Shown here: positions 1 through 9,498 of the stretch, piece by piece | Layout: every line of letters starts with the position of its first letter | How positions within the stretch are numbered: the stretch's first letter is position 1 | Origin: Bacilli bacterium | GTDB taxonomy: Bacteria > Bacillota_I > Bacilli_A > RFN20 > CAG-826 | Length of the DNA: 64,000 nucleotides | Direction of reading: 5' to 3' | Assembly: GCA_045601325.1 (NCBI GenBank) | Contig: JAZRZI010000008.1 | Location: 2,961-66,960 of the forward strand | The notes under the pieces: generated by a model | Seen by the model: only the letters and a program-made list of their open reading frames with translations | Database searches by the model: none | What the model was told of the DNA's origin: nothing | Made by a program: the position numbers and the translations under genes

Positions 1-74
1 GGGACATTGAAAAGTACTCTATCACACATGACAGAATAAATTCCACAGCTTAATCCCACTATTCTTCCTTGCAT
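1..74 (-). CDS. rsgA: Ribosome small-subunit biogenesis GTPase RsgA/CpgA; only the first ~24 codons are present, and the gene runs off the window start
   Basis: Minus-strand ATG at 72-74 overlaps the pknB stop. The translation MQGRIVGLSCGIYSV... resembles an RsgA N-terminus. The position after stp/pknB is conserved in Firmicutes. Confidence 0.5.
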   Translation of the reverse strand, partial: MQGRIVGLSCGIYSVMCDRVLFNV

Positions 75-958
75 TATTTAAAACCAAATAATCTCGCAAA
101 GAATCCTTTCTTCTCTTTGAGAAGTTCAGGGTGTTCTTTAATTTTAACTAAATCTTGATAAAACTCATTAGCGGTTTTGTAACGCTTACGAGGATCTTTT
201 TCGGTAGCTTTTCTTATAATGTCTTCAATTTGTTTTGGACAATTAGGCAAATATTTTTTAGGAGAAGGTAATTTCTCTTTAATATGAGCAACAGCGACAC
301 TTACAGCATCTTTACCAGTAAATGGAAGATGACCAGTAATTAATTCAAAGAATGTAATACCAGCAGAATAAATATCTGTTTGAGCACTGGCAGGTTTGCC
401 TTTAGATATTTCAGGAGCCATATAGTGAACAGAACCGATAATTTCGTTGCCATTAGAGTTTTGCATTTTGATACCAGAAGATTCAGCGATACCGAAATCA
501 CCAAGCTTAATTGTGCCATCTCTAAGCATAAACATATTTTGTGGTTTCACATCTCTATGTATGACAAATCTACCATGAGCGTATATAAGCGCAGAGGTTA
601 ATTGAATCATCGCACTAATTGCTTCTTCTAATGTCAAAGCCGAACGAAAACCAAGCACATCGCTGAGAACTTGCCCATCAACATATTCAATAACCATATA
701 TGGTTTATTTTCATATGTACCATGGCTATAGATTTGCACAATATTTTGATGTTTTAAAGAAGCCGCAATAGTAATTTCATTGTTAAAACGAGTAAGGTTG
801 ATAGTGTTACTCATTACATCTTCTCTAATGATTTTAATGGCAACCGTATTTTTAGTGATTGCATCATGTGCTTCATACACTTCGGCCATGCCACCATGAC
901 CAATACGGGCTGTTACACGATATCGATCATCTAGATATGTTCCAATTTTAATTGGCAT
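74..958 (-). CDS. pknB: Hanks-type Ser/Thr protein kinase; a short form with no TM or PASTA repeats
   Basis: Shows kinase subdomains (GxGxxAxV-like GHGGMAEVY, VAIK, HRDVKPQN, DFG, APE). The ORF track starts at 1006, but the likely start is the MPIKIG Met at 958, which overlaps the stp stop. Confidence 0.85.
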   Translation of the reverse strand: MPIKIGTYLDDRYRVTARIGHGGMAEVYEAHDAITKNTVAIKIIREDVMSNTINLTRFNNEITIAASLKHQNIVQIYSHGTYENKPYMVIEYVDGQVLSDVLGFRSALTLEEAISAMIQLTSALIYAHGRFVIHRDVKPQNMFMLRDGTIKLGDFGIAESSGIKMQNSNGNEIIGSVHYMAPEISKGKPASAQTDIYSAGITFFELITGHLPFTGKDAVSVAVAHIKEKLPSPKKYLPNCPKQIEDIIRKATEKDPRKRYKTANEFYQDLVKIKEHPELLKEKKGFFARLFGFK

Positions 959-1709
959 GTTTGACCGCCTCCCATAGTACGACGCTAATATTATCTGTTC
1001 CACCATTTGCGTTAGCTAAAGCTATCAATTGCTCGGTCTTTTGAATTGTACTACCAGTACTATTAAGCACGGCAGCAATATCAGTGCTATGCAAATTGTT
1101 ATATAAACCATCTGAACAAAGTAACAATGTATCAGGCACTTCATAATGAACTCTTAAGTCCATATTAGAAGCAGGGAAAATGCCTAAAGCATTCATAATA
1201 ACATTGCGCTTTTCATGCACTTTAGCTTCTTCTTCGGTGATTTGATGTGTTCTTACTAAGTAAGCAACATATGATTGATCTTCGGTGATTTGGTTAAGCT
1301 TTTTATCTTTCATAGAGTAAGCTCTAGAATCTCCAATTTGGCATGTGAAAACTCTATCATCAAGCAATAAAGTAGCAGTTAATGTTGTACCCATTCCTTT
1401 ATAAAAGTCTTTTGTGCAAGATTCATCATAAATAAGCTTATTAGCTTTTTTAACTGCGTGATATAACCATCTATATGCGCTTGTGTGGGTTAGAAACCTA
1501 TCTTTTGACTTGAATGATTCACTTAAAAAGTTGATAGCGATTGTTGCGGCGTATTCGCCTTTGTTTTGTCCGCCCATACCATCACACACGATAAGAAGTA
1601 CATTACCTTGTGAATTGATAAGAGCAGCGACTCTATCTTCATTTGTAAGTCTAACTTTACCAATATTTGTTTGAGCACAATATGTGCCTGCAACTGTCAT
1701 TTGTTTCAT
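948..1709 (-). CDS. stp: PP2C-family Ser/Thr protein phosphatase (Stp/PrpC)
   Basis: Contains DGMGG and DNISVV PP2C motifs. It sits immediately upstream of the kinase and overlaps it. Confidence 0.85.
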   Translation of the reverse strand: MKQMTVAGTYCAQTNIGKVRLTNEDRVAALINSQGNVLLIVCDGMGGQNKGEYAATIAINFLSESFKSKDRFLTHTSAYRWLYHAVKKANKLIYDESCTKDFYKGMGTTLTATLLLDDRVFTCQIGDSRAYSMKDKKLNQITEDQSYVAYLVRTHQITEEEAKVHEKRNVIMNALGIFPASNMDLRVHYEVPDTLLLCSDGLYNNLHSTDIAAVLNSTGSTIQKTEQLIALANANGGTDNISVVLWEAVKHAN

Positions 1710-2749
1710 ATCATTCCCTCACTTTTTGCTTTTAATTGTCCACACGCAGCATCGATGTCGGATCCAAATTCTTTTCTTATTGTAGCGGTTACTCCACCTT
1801 TGGTTAAACAATCTAAAAATGTATGCACTCTATTTCCAGAACTACGTTTATAATCGTTTTTATTTGTTTCGTTATATGGGATTAAGTTAACATATCCCAT
1901 TGTGCCTTTGATTAAAGTAATCAATTCTTCAGCATGTTCTTTTGTGTCATTTAAGTCTTCTAAAAGAAGATATTCGTAAGTTACTCTTCTGCCTGAAATT
2001 TCTTCGTATTCTTTTACCGCTGGCATAAGAACTTCTAAAGGATATGCTTTGTTAACTTTCATCAAGGCATTTCTAAGTTCGTTATTTGGAGCATGTAAAG
2101 AAATAGCTAAATTAGTTTGTAAACCCTCTCTAGCATACTTTTTAATGCCTTCAACAAGTCCACATGTGGAAACAGTGATGTGTCTAGCTCCAATATCCAA
2201 ACCTTTTTGGTTATTAACAATACGGATAAAATCCATAACGTTATCGTAATTATCAAATGGTTCACCAGTCCCCATAACAACGATATGAGAAACGTGTTGG
2301 CCTTTGCCTTCTTCTTTCAAAAGATTGTTAATGACAAGTATTTGCCCCACCATTTCTTCAGGGAGAAGGTTTCTTTGTTTTCCAAGCATACCAGATGAAC
2401 AAAATGAACACGCCATATTGCAACCAACTTGGCTTGACACGCACACTACGCAACCATAGTTATAGCGCATGAGCACACATTCAACCTTTGCGCCATCATA
2501 AAGTTCAAGCAAAAGTTTAATCGTGCCATCTTGACTAACTTGTTTCAAAAATATCTTTGGCAATTCTAAGCAATATTTCTCTTTGAGAACTTCTCTAAAT
2601 CTTAAAGAAATATCTGTCATTTCATCAAACGAAGTGGCTTTCTTTTCATAAATCCAAGTGTAAAGTTGGATAGCACGATAAGGTTTTTGACCTTCGCTAA
2701 CCATTAATTCTTGAAGTTTTTTCATTTCCATTCCGTAGAGATTAATCAT
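1706..2749 (-). CDS. rlmN: Radical-SAM rRNA/tRNA adenine-C2 methyltransferase RlmN
   Basis: Has the CxxxCxxC radical SAM motif (CNMACSFC) and a C-terminal catalytic Cys region. Its genomic context is conserved. Confidence 0.9.
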   Translation of the reverse strand: MINLYGMEMKKLQELMVSEGQKPYRAIQLYTWIYEKKATSFDEMTDISLRFREVLKEKYCLELPKIFLKQVSQDGTIKLLLELYDGAKVECVLMRYNYGCVVCVSSQVGCNMACSFCSSGMLGKQRNLLPEEMVGQILVINNLLKEEGKGQHVSHIVVMGTGEPFDNYDNVMDFIRIVNNQKGLDIGARHITVSTCGLVEGIKKYAREGLQTNLAISLHAPNNELRNALMKVNKAYPLEVLMPAVKEYEEISGRRVTYEYLLLEDLNDTKEHAEELITLIKGTMGYVNLIPYNETNKNDYKRSSGNRVHTFLDCLTKGGVTATIRKEFGSDIDAACGQLKAKSEGMI

Positions 2750-4031
2750 TGCTATCTTTCTCCATATTCAAAGTCTTTCTAAGTCTAGCAAAGTAAAATG
2801 TTGTATCGCTAGAACCGAATGGGAAAAATTGTTTTTCTTCGCACAAAACAAAATTATTGTGGTTAGAAATAAACTTCTTAATCATGTCTCTTCCTTCTTT
2901 AACGTTCAAAGTAGGAACAGCGTATAAAAGTTCACCATTATCTTCCACTAATAAGGAAGCTTCATGCAAAGCGGTTCTTTCTTCGTCTAATATAGAATCC
3001 AAATCTTCTTGTTTAAATCTTAAGAAGTAATCTGGAACAGTTTTGAACGATGCAAAGTTAGAGTTTCTTGGCATTACAATGAAAGTATGAACAGGTTCTG
3101 AAACGCAAGAAATGATGCTTGTTGAATCTTGTTCATAAATTCTCATTTTGTCTAAACCTAATTCTTGCTTTGTCTTTTTTGCATCGAAATAGCAAGAAGA
3201 ATCATTTGTAATCAAATCAAATTTAGCAAATGTTGAAAACTTGTAAATAAGTTTCATATACACATTTGTTCTATATCCTGTAAATACAGCTATGTTTCTA
3301 AAAGGATCGATATCACAGGTATCAATAGCATAACTGAGAGCAGGACTAAATGTTGCAATTAAATTTTCTTTGTACGCTTCGGTATTCTTTAAAGATTCCT
3401 TTTGGGAATACAAAACCATATCGTTAAATTCACATTCTTCAAATTCTGGATAACACGCTAAAAATTCATTTTTATCGTTCTTGCTAGAATTGACGAGCAA
3501 GAATTGTTTTGAAGACTTAGTATTGGCTCTTAATGTTTTATATAAAAGAGATTCTTTGAAATGTTTTCCCCACATTTTAACAAGCCATAAAGGTGTATTA
3601 TATCTTATGGATAAGAATTCATGTGAATTCTCTTTTAAATCAGTAATGGTTAAAAAATCTTTAGTTTTTGATTTTTCTAAAAAGGATTCAAAGTTAACTT
3701 TATTTTCTTCTTCAACCTCATTCAAAAAAGTAGAAGTAATAAATTCTTTTGCAATTTCTTCATTACTGACGTTAATGAATAAACCATTAGCGAGGAAAAC
3801 GAATAAATCATATTTCACTTTTTTAGTGATATTTGGGAATAGTTCATTAATTTTTCTTTCAAAAACATAAAAGTGTTTTAATGAACAACTCACTAAAGAA
3901 GCGATCGAGCGTCTCTCAACGTTAGTGATTTTTTTATCTTTTGCAAAATTTCTTATCGCAATGGAAAAAGAGATGTCTTCATCCACTACTTTGGAAAGGA
4001 TATTTGAACTAAGTGAAAGTAAATTAGTCAT
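2742..4031 (-). CDS. RsmB/Sun-like protein with a NusB-like N-domain but degenerate methyltransferase motifs (likely a pseudo-enzyme)
   Basis: It has a NusB-like N-terminus, an RsmB-like C-terminal tail (FYFARLRK) and the positional equivalent of rsmB. The motif IV PCS and motif VI TCS cysteines are replaced (MPRNSN, AVPT). Confidence 0.5.
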   Translation of the reverse strand: MTNLLSLSSNILSKVVDEDISFSIAIRNFAKDKKITNVERRSIASLVSCSLKHFYVFERKINELFPNITKKVKYDLFVFLANGLFINVSNEEIAKEFITSTFLNEVEEENKVNFESFLEKSKTKDFLTITDLKENSHEFLSIRYNTPLWLVKMWGKHFKESLLYKTLRANTKSSKQFLLVNSSKNDKNEFLACYPEFEECEFNDMVLYSQKESLKNTEAYKENLIATFSPALSYAIDTCDIDPFRNIAVFTGYRTNVYMKLIYKFSTFAKFDLITNDSSCYFDAKKTKQELGLDKMRIYEQDSTSIISCVSEPVHTFIVMPRNSNFASFKTVPDYFLRFKQEDLDSILDEERTALHEASLLVEDNGELLYAVPTLNVKEGRDMIKKFISNHNNFVLCEEKQFFPFGSSDTTFYFARLRKTLNMEKDSND

Positions 4032-4033
4032 AC

Positions 4034-4540
4034 TTATTTGTCATCTGGATCCTTAGGAACGATGCCATCAAAGATGTCACCAGTATAGATTTCATCTTCA
4101 TCATCGCCTTCTTCGTGATGATGGCATTCACAATCATCATCACAATCATCATCATAAGTTTCTTCTTCATCATTATTAAAATCGACAACATTGCTTACGG
4201 TAATATAACGTGGATAATCCTTATTTATTTCCTCATAGCGGTTGTCTTGTAAATAATAATAGAATTCGAGAGATTTATTGATAGCAACTTCGCCAATGCT
4301 AGAAAGAATAAACTTAGCTGCTAAATCTTGTAAAACAGAAACCTTAAGTGGAGCGTGAACATGAATTAAAATGTTCCATGAAGTTTGTTCTACTCCGTTG
4401 TGGAAAATCATATTATTAGGAGAAACAAAGTTAATTTCGTCTTCATCGACTTCGTATAACTTAGCAAGAGAAGGTGTCATCTCTTTTGATAAACGTCCGA
4501 CAATATATTGATCGAGACCATAAAAAATTACTGTAATCAT
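4034..4540 (-). CDS. Hypothetical small protein with an acidic Cys/His-rich C-terminal tail (CDDDCECHHHEEGDDEDE)
   Basis: An ORF with an ATG at 4540 preceded by a GAGG RBS. No recognisable catalytic motifs. It occupies the position where def/fmt normally lie between priA and rsmB. Confidence 0.4.
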   Translation of the reverse strand: MITVIFYGLDQYIVGRLSKEMTPSLAKLYEVDEDEINFVSPNNMIFHNGVEQTSWNILIHVHAPLKVSVLQDLAAKFILSSIGEVAINKSLEFYYYLQDNRYEEINKDYPRYITVSNVVDFNNDEEETYDDDCDDDCECHHHEEGDDEDEIYTGDIFDGIVPKDPDDK

Positions 4541-4588
4541 AAGAATACCTCGCCAATTATTGTAATACAAAAATATATATTTTTAAAA

Positions 4589-6784
4589 TTAAAAATTATA
4601 TGGATCGATATTTATCTCTAAATTAAGATTAGATTTGCCTGAAAATAAAGTAATCGCTTTCTTTAAAATTTCACGAGCGAAATCGTTATCTTTATATTTC
4701 ACAAATATGACTCTAAGATGTAAATCTCTATCCCTTGAAACATATGGAGTTGTTGGTCCTAAAATTTGACCTTTATCTAAAAAATTATCCGCTAAAAAAT
4801 CCGCCATATCGAGAGATTGTTGAATCACTTTCTCTTCATCCTTTCCGGATATTACTGCACTGGCTAAATAAGTATAAGGTGGGTAAGACTGGATTTTTCT
4901 CATACTCATTTCTTTTCTATAGAATAATTCATAATCTTGTCTAGCTGCCAAGGTAATAGCGTAGTGAGAAGGGTTATATGTTTGAATGATGGCTTCACCT
5001 TTTTTGTTTTTCCTTCCACTTCTTCCGACCGCTTGAGTAATTAATTGAAATGCTCTTTCACTGCTTCTATAACTTGGCATAGATAAACCAATGTCAGCTA
5101 AAACAATGCCCACTAAAGTTACATCAGGAAAATCGTGGCCTTTTGCAATCATTTGTGTGCCAATTAAAATATCAGCTTCCTTTGTTCTAAATGATTCGAT
5201 TATAGAAGGTATTTTTGTTCTTATTTTTGCAGAATCGCTGTCGAGTCTTAATGTTCTAGCTTCTGGGAACAATCTATGAATTTCATCTTCAATACGTTCC
5301 GTGCCAAATCCAGTTTTCATCAAATATTTAGAACCACATTCTGGACAAACTTCAGGCATCTTTTCAACATAGTCACAATGATGACATTTAAGCATATTAT
5401 CAGTTTTATGGTAGGTTAATGCAATTCCACATGTAGGACACTTAAATATATGGCCGCATTTCCTGCATGAAACATTGGTGGAAAAGCCTCTTCTATTGAT
5501 CAATAAAATCGCTTGTTCACGATTGGACAAAACACGTTGAATTGATTCTCTGAGTTTCTTTGAGAAAATATAAGAATCCCTATCTATATTGTTATAATCT
5601 TGCAAATTTACAATGGTTGTTTTTGGTAGTTCTTGATTATTAACACGTTTTTTTAATTTGAGAAAATGATAAACGCCTTTTTGCGCTCTTGCTCTAGATT
5701 CTAGCGAAGGTGTTGCACTGCCCAAAAGCACTTTTGCATTATGCATAACGCCACGCATGATAGCCACTTCTCTAGCATGATAAAAAGGAGAAACATCTTG
5801 TTTATAGGATTCGACATGTTCCTCATCTAAAATAATAAGTCCTATATTTTCTAGAGGTGCAAATATCGCGCTTCTAGCACCGACAACAACCCTGCATTCA
5901 CCTTTAGCGATTTTACGATATTCATCATATTTTTCCGCAGGAGTTAATTCGCTATGTAAAATAGCAACGTTGCCTTGGAAACGTCTAATACAATATTCCA
6001 TCATCATAGGAGTTAAAGAAATTTCAGGAACAAGCATCAAAACACTTTTTCCCTCTCTTAAAACCTTTTCCGATAAGTTTAAATAAACTTCCGTTTTGCC
6101 ACTTCCAGTAACACCTTCAAGTAAAAATACTTTATCACTCGATTCTTCAAATTCTTTAATAACACTAAGCTGTTCGTCCGTTAAAGGAGGTGGGGTGATG
6201 TATTCATAGTTTGGAATTGCTAACCTGCGTTTTTCCTCTTTAACTATTTCAATTCTTCCGTACTCAATTAATTTTTCAACAACAGAAGGAGAACCAACTT
6301 CACGTTTAAGAACCTTCCCTTCATTAGAAATTAATCTAAGTATTTCTATTTGTTTTGATGTTAAATCATTTTCATCATTATCCTTAATAACGAGATATTG
6401 ATCATACGCAACTTTTGGAGCTTTCAATGACGAATGCCTTGGCGATAAGGAAGGCGGTAACATAGATTGAAGAACGCTAATTTTAGGAGCGAGATAATAT
6501 TCTGCAACTTGATTTGATAACGCTAGCAAATCATCATTTAGTAATGGGGTTTGATCTAAAACATCAGAAATTTCACCAATGGTAAAACCAAGTTCATCTT
6601 CAAGCTGTTCTTTACTCTTATCAATTTCCTTTGTTGAGACAACATAGCCCATTACTTCACGTTTATGAAAGTTGAGCAAAACCCTGTATCCAGGTCTAAC
6701 TATTTTACTCCCAGAGTACGTGTAAGAAAAAGGACGATTCAAGGAGTAATTTGCATATTCAATTAATACTTCTATTACAAGCAT
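4589..6784 (-). CDS. priA: Primosomal protein N' (PriA helicase)
   Basis: Carries Walker A GVTGSGKT, a DEEH box and the Cys-rich zinc-binding insert (CRKCGHIFKCPTCG...CHHCDY...CPECG). Confidence 0.9.
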   Translation of the reverse strand: MLVIEVLIEYANYSLNRPFSYTYSGSKIVRPGYRVLLNFHKREVMGYVVSTKEIDKSKEQLEDELGFTIGEISDVLDQTPLLNDDLLALSNQVAEYYLAPKISVLQSMLPPSLSPRHSSLKAPKVAYDQYLVIKDNDENDLTSKQIEILRLISNEGKVLKREVGSPSVVEKLIEYGRIEIVKEEKRRLAIPNYEYITPPPLTDEQLSVIKEFEESSDKVFLLEGVTGSGKTEVYLNLSEKVLREGKSVLMLVPEISLTPMMMEYCIRRFQGNVAILHSELTPAEKYDEYRKIAKGECRVVVGARSAIFAPLENIGLIILDEEHVESYKQDVSPFYHAREVAIMRGVMHNAKVLLGSATPSLESRARAQKGVYHFLKLKKRVNNQELPKTTIVNLQDYNNIDRDSYIFSKKLRESIQRVLSNREQAILLINRRGFSTNVSCRKCGHIFKCPTCGIALTYHKTDNMLKCHHCDYVEKMPEVCPECGSKYLMKTGFGTERIEDEIHRLFPEARTLRLDSDSAKIRTKIPSIIESFRTKEADILIGTQMIAKGHDFPDVTLVGIVLADIGLSMPSYRSSERAFQLITQAVGRSGRKNKKGEAIIQTYNPSHYAITLAARQDYELFYRKEMSMRKIQSYPPYTYLASAVISGKDEEKVIQQSLDMADFLADNFLDKGQILGPTTPYVSRDRDLHLRVIFVKYKDNDFAREILKKAITLFSGKSNLNLEINIDPYNF

Positions 6785-6801
6785 ATTATTTCCTTATCGT
6801 C

Positions 6802-7380
6802 CTATTTGACTTCTGCGATTTTTGTTTTAATGATATCCGCTATTTGTTTAGCTGCTTTTTTAACTTGTGCATTTATAACAACGTAATCATAATATTTAGA
6901 CATTTCCATTTCTCGAGCGCCCTTTGCTAATCTTTTTTGGATTACTTCTTCTGGCTCACTACGACGATGCCTAATTCTATATTCAAGAGCTTTTAAACTA
7001 GGTGGCATAAGGAATAATGATACAACTCCAGGATCCTTAACTTTTTCAAGAACCTGAGTTGCGCCATTGATTTCTATTTCTAGAAAGACATTTTTACCTT
7101 GGTTTCTTAATTCTTCAACTTTGTCTTTTGGAGTGCCATAACAATGTCCGACAAATTCAGCATGCTCTAAGAAATTATCCTTAGCAATATTTTCATCGAA
7201 TTCTTTCTGGCTCACAAAGTAATAATCAACACCATTTACTTCTTTATCTCTAGGACTTCTAGTTGTCATAGAAATAGAGTACACAAAATCTATGCTCTTA
7301 TCTTTTAAGAGCTCACGTCTCACAGTGCCTTTTCCAACACCTGATGGTCCGCTAAGAATAATTAATAAACCTTTTTTCAT
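6802..7380 (-). CDS. gmk: Guanylate kinase
   Basis: P-loop GPSGVGKGT, GMP-binding signature, ~190 aa. Confidence 0.9.
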   Translation of the reverse strand: MKKGLLIILSGPSGVGKGTVRRELLKDKSIDFVYSISMTTRSPRDKEVNGVDYYFVSQKEFDENIAKDNFLEHAEFVGHCYGTPKDKVEELRNQGKNVFLEIEINGATQVLEKVKDPGVVSLFLMPPSLKALEYRIRHRRSEPEEVIQKRLAKGAREMEMSKYYDYVVINAQVKKAAKQIADIIKTKIAEVK

Positions 7381-7480
7381 TCCAATATAATTTTATATAA
7401 TAAACAATCTTTGTCAAATACATCTAATATATAAAATATATAGATAGACCAACAAAAAAGTTGGTAAAATAATAAATACT

Positions 7481-8854
7481 ATGAAATACAGTTTTGCAGA
7501 TTTTAAAAAAATAGTTTGTCTAATCAAAGAAAATATAATAGACAACCATGTCTCAAGCATAACAGTAATCAACTCACATGACATATTGTTATCTTTTTCG
7601 TTATATAGAAAAGCAAGACTTTTTATATCTCTAAATCATCAAAAGCCATTCATAGCATTTACAAATAATAAAGAAAGTTTCGTAACAACTATAGGACAAT
7701 TAAATGACACCCTGAGAAAAGCATTGAAAGACGCTTACATTACAGGAGTTGATATATTAAATGATGATAAGATATTGAAGGTTAATTTTGAAAAATCAAA
7801 TGATTACTTTGAAAAAGTCAAAAAGTCTTTAATTATTGAACTAATCCCACACAAACAAAACTTAATAATTTTAAACGAAAATGGAATAATTGAGTTTGCA
7901 ATTCACAACACAAGTATCGATGTGTCTAGACCGATTGCGAAAGGGCTTTTATATCAGTTGCCTAATAAAAGCGAAAACTATGTAGAAGATACACCGATGA
8001 GTGAAAATCAGTTATCAAGTTTAGTTGCAAAATATATTGAAACTGCAAAAGAGACTAAACTTAAAGAAAGATATAATGATCTGTTCAAATTTATAAAAAG
8101 CAAAATCAAATCGTTTAATAACAAAATAGAAATATTAAACAAAGAAATAATTTCAGCTAAAAATAATCTCATTTACCAAGAACACGCAAATATGATGTTG
8201 GCTTTAGCGAATGATAAAGAAGAATTAGAAAACTATTTTAATGCAAATTCAATAACCTACGATTCAAATTTCTCTATCGGACAATACGCAAACATATTAT
8301 TCAAAAAATATAAAAAAGCTAAAAGAACAATAGAGATAGATTCTTATGAAATTTCTAAGACCGAAGACCAAATTTATTCACTTAATTTAATTCTAAAACA
8401 AGTTCCATATATGGATGATGAAGACCTATACAATTTAGCGTTAGAAATGATGCCACACAAATTTAAACAGTTGCCTAGAAAAAATCCTAAAACTATATTT
8501 AGCTATATCAATATAGAAGGAGTTAAAATATATTTCGGAAAATCAAGCAAACAAAACGAAGAATTAACATTTAAATTTGCACGAAATAACTATAGTTATT
8601 TCCATATTAAAGATTATCATGGTTCGCATGTAATTGTTGCAAGCGAGCAGTTAACTAATAATATAATTTTAACAGCTTGTGAATTGTGTTTGTTGTTATC
8701 TGATAAAACTACAGGCGACATCATGTATACGCAAGTAAAAAATGTCAAAAAAGGTGATTCGCCAGGCCAAGCTTTAATGACTAATTACAAATTGATCACA
8801 TTAAGAGAAATTAGATTAACGACCATCGATAAACTAAAACATTATCAAAAGTAA
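7481..8854 (+). CDS. rqcH: NFACT-family RqcH/FbpA-like ribosome quality-control protein (short form)
   Basis: N-terminal NFACT-N-like region, central coiled coil, and a DUF814/NFACT-R signature YHGSHVIV near the C-terminus. Confidence 0.6.
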   Translation: MKYSFADFKKIVCLIKENIIDNHVSSITVINSHDILLSFSLYRKARLFISLNHQKPFIAFTNNKESFVTTIGQLNDTLRKALKDAYITGVDILNDDKILKVNFEKSNDYFEKVKKSLIIELIPHKQNLIILNENGIIEFAIHNTSIDVSRPIAKGLLYQLPNKSENYVEDTPMSENQLSSLVAKYIETAKETKLKERYNDLFKFIKSKIKSFNNKIEILNKEIISAKNNLIYQEHANMMLALANDKEELENYFNANSITYDSNFSIGQYANILFKKYKKAKRTIEIDSYEISKTEDQIYSLNLILKQVPYMDDEDLYNLALEMMPHKFKQLPRKNPKTIFSYINIEGVKIYFGKSSKQNEELTFKFARNNYSYFHIKDYHGSHVIVASEQLTNNIILTACELCLLLSDKTTGDIMYTQVKNVKKGDSPGQALMTNYKLITLREIRLTTIDKLKHYQK

Positions 8855-8867
8855 ATTTCAAAATATA

Positions 8868-8895
8868 ACAGTGGGTGATTATCCACTGTTTTTAT
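8868..8895. terminator. Bidirectional rho-independent terminator between rqcH and trmL
   Basis: Hairpin acagtgg-N8-ccactgt followed by TTTTT. Confidence 0.6.
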
Positions 8896-8901
8896 TAACC
8901 T

Positions 8902-9441
8902 TTATTGTTTAATTTCCTTATCTAGAAAATCGTTACCTTTTATCGATTCTGCAGTTGCCAGATTTGGGAAATTTTGTTGCCTTAAAACTTCGTATGAAAC
9001 TATCGCGACACAATTGGAAAGGTTTAAACTTCTAGCTTCCGGAACCATAGGAAGTCTAAGTAATCTATCAGGATGAGATCTTAAAATATCATGAGGAATT
9101 CCTGTCGATTCTCTTCCAAACATCAAATATATATCTTTAACAGGATCTGTGAAGTCAAATGTTGAATAAACCTTTTGAGAATAACGCGTTATATAGTACA
9201 CATCATCTTTATAATGCTTTTTTTCAAATTCCTCATAACATTCATAATAAAACAATTTCAAATCATCGATATAATCCATTCCAACTCTTTTTAAGTCCTT
9301 AGAATCAATAGAGAAACTTAAAGGACCAATTATGTGTAATGTTGCATGAATTGCTACGCAAGTGCGCATAATATTACCGGTATTTTGAGGTTTTTCGGGA
9401 CGAAATAAGACAATATTTATCATACGCGAATATTTTATCAT
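8902..9441 (-). CDS. trmL: SpoU-family tRNA (cytidine/uridine-2'-O)-methyltransferase (TrmL-like)
   Basis: SPOUT motifs: FRPEKPQNTGNIMRT, GRESTGIP, LNLSNCVAIVSYE. Confidence 0.7.
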   Translation of the reverse strand: MIKYSRMINIVLFRPEKPQNTGNIMRTCVAIHATLHIIGPLSFSIDSKDLKRVGMDYIDDLKLFYYECYEEFEKKHYKDDVYYITRYSQKVYSTFDFTDPVKDIYLMFGRESTGIPHDILRSHPDRLLRLPMVPEARSLNLSNCVAIVSYEVLRQQNFPNLATAESIKGNDFLDKEIKQ

Positions 9442-9498
9442 AAATATGCATAAATTGACTCAGTTTCTTTAGATACTAATATGTGCTATATTATACGC

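Noticed and set aside
380-601. Many short (60-130 aa) ORFs in the six-frame track lie antisense to or inside well-supported genes. Examples: 380-601, 1483-1853, 11738-12255, 13829-14273, 15104-15388, 46452-46808, 55807-56412, 61290-61550, 62977-63425.
   Set aside because: They overlap strongly supported housekeeping CDSs on the opposite strand or in another frame. They show low-complexity or biased composition typical of antisense AT-rich DNA, and they have no RBS or motif support.
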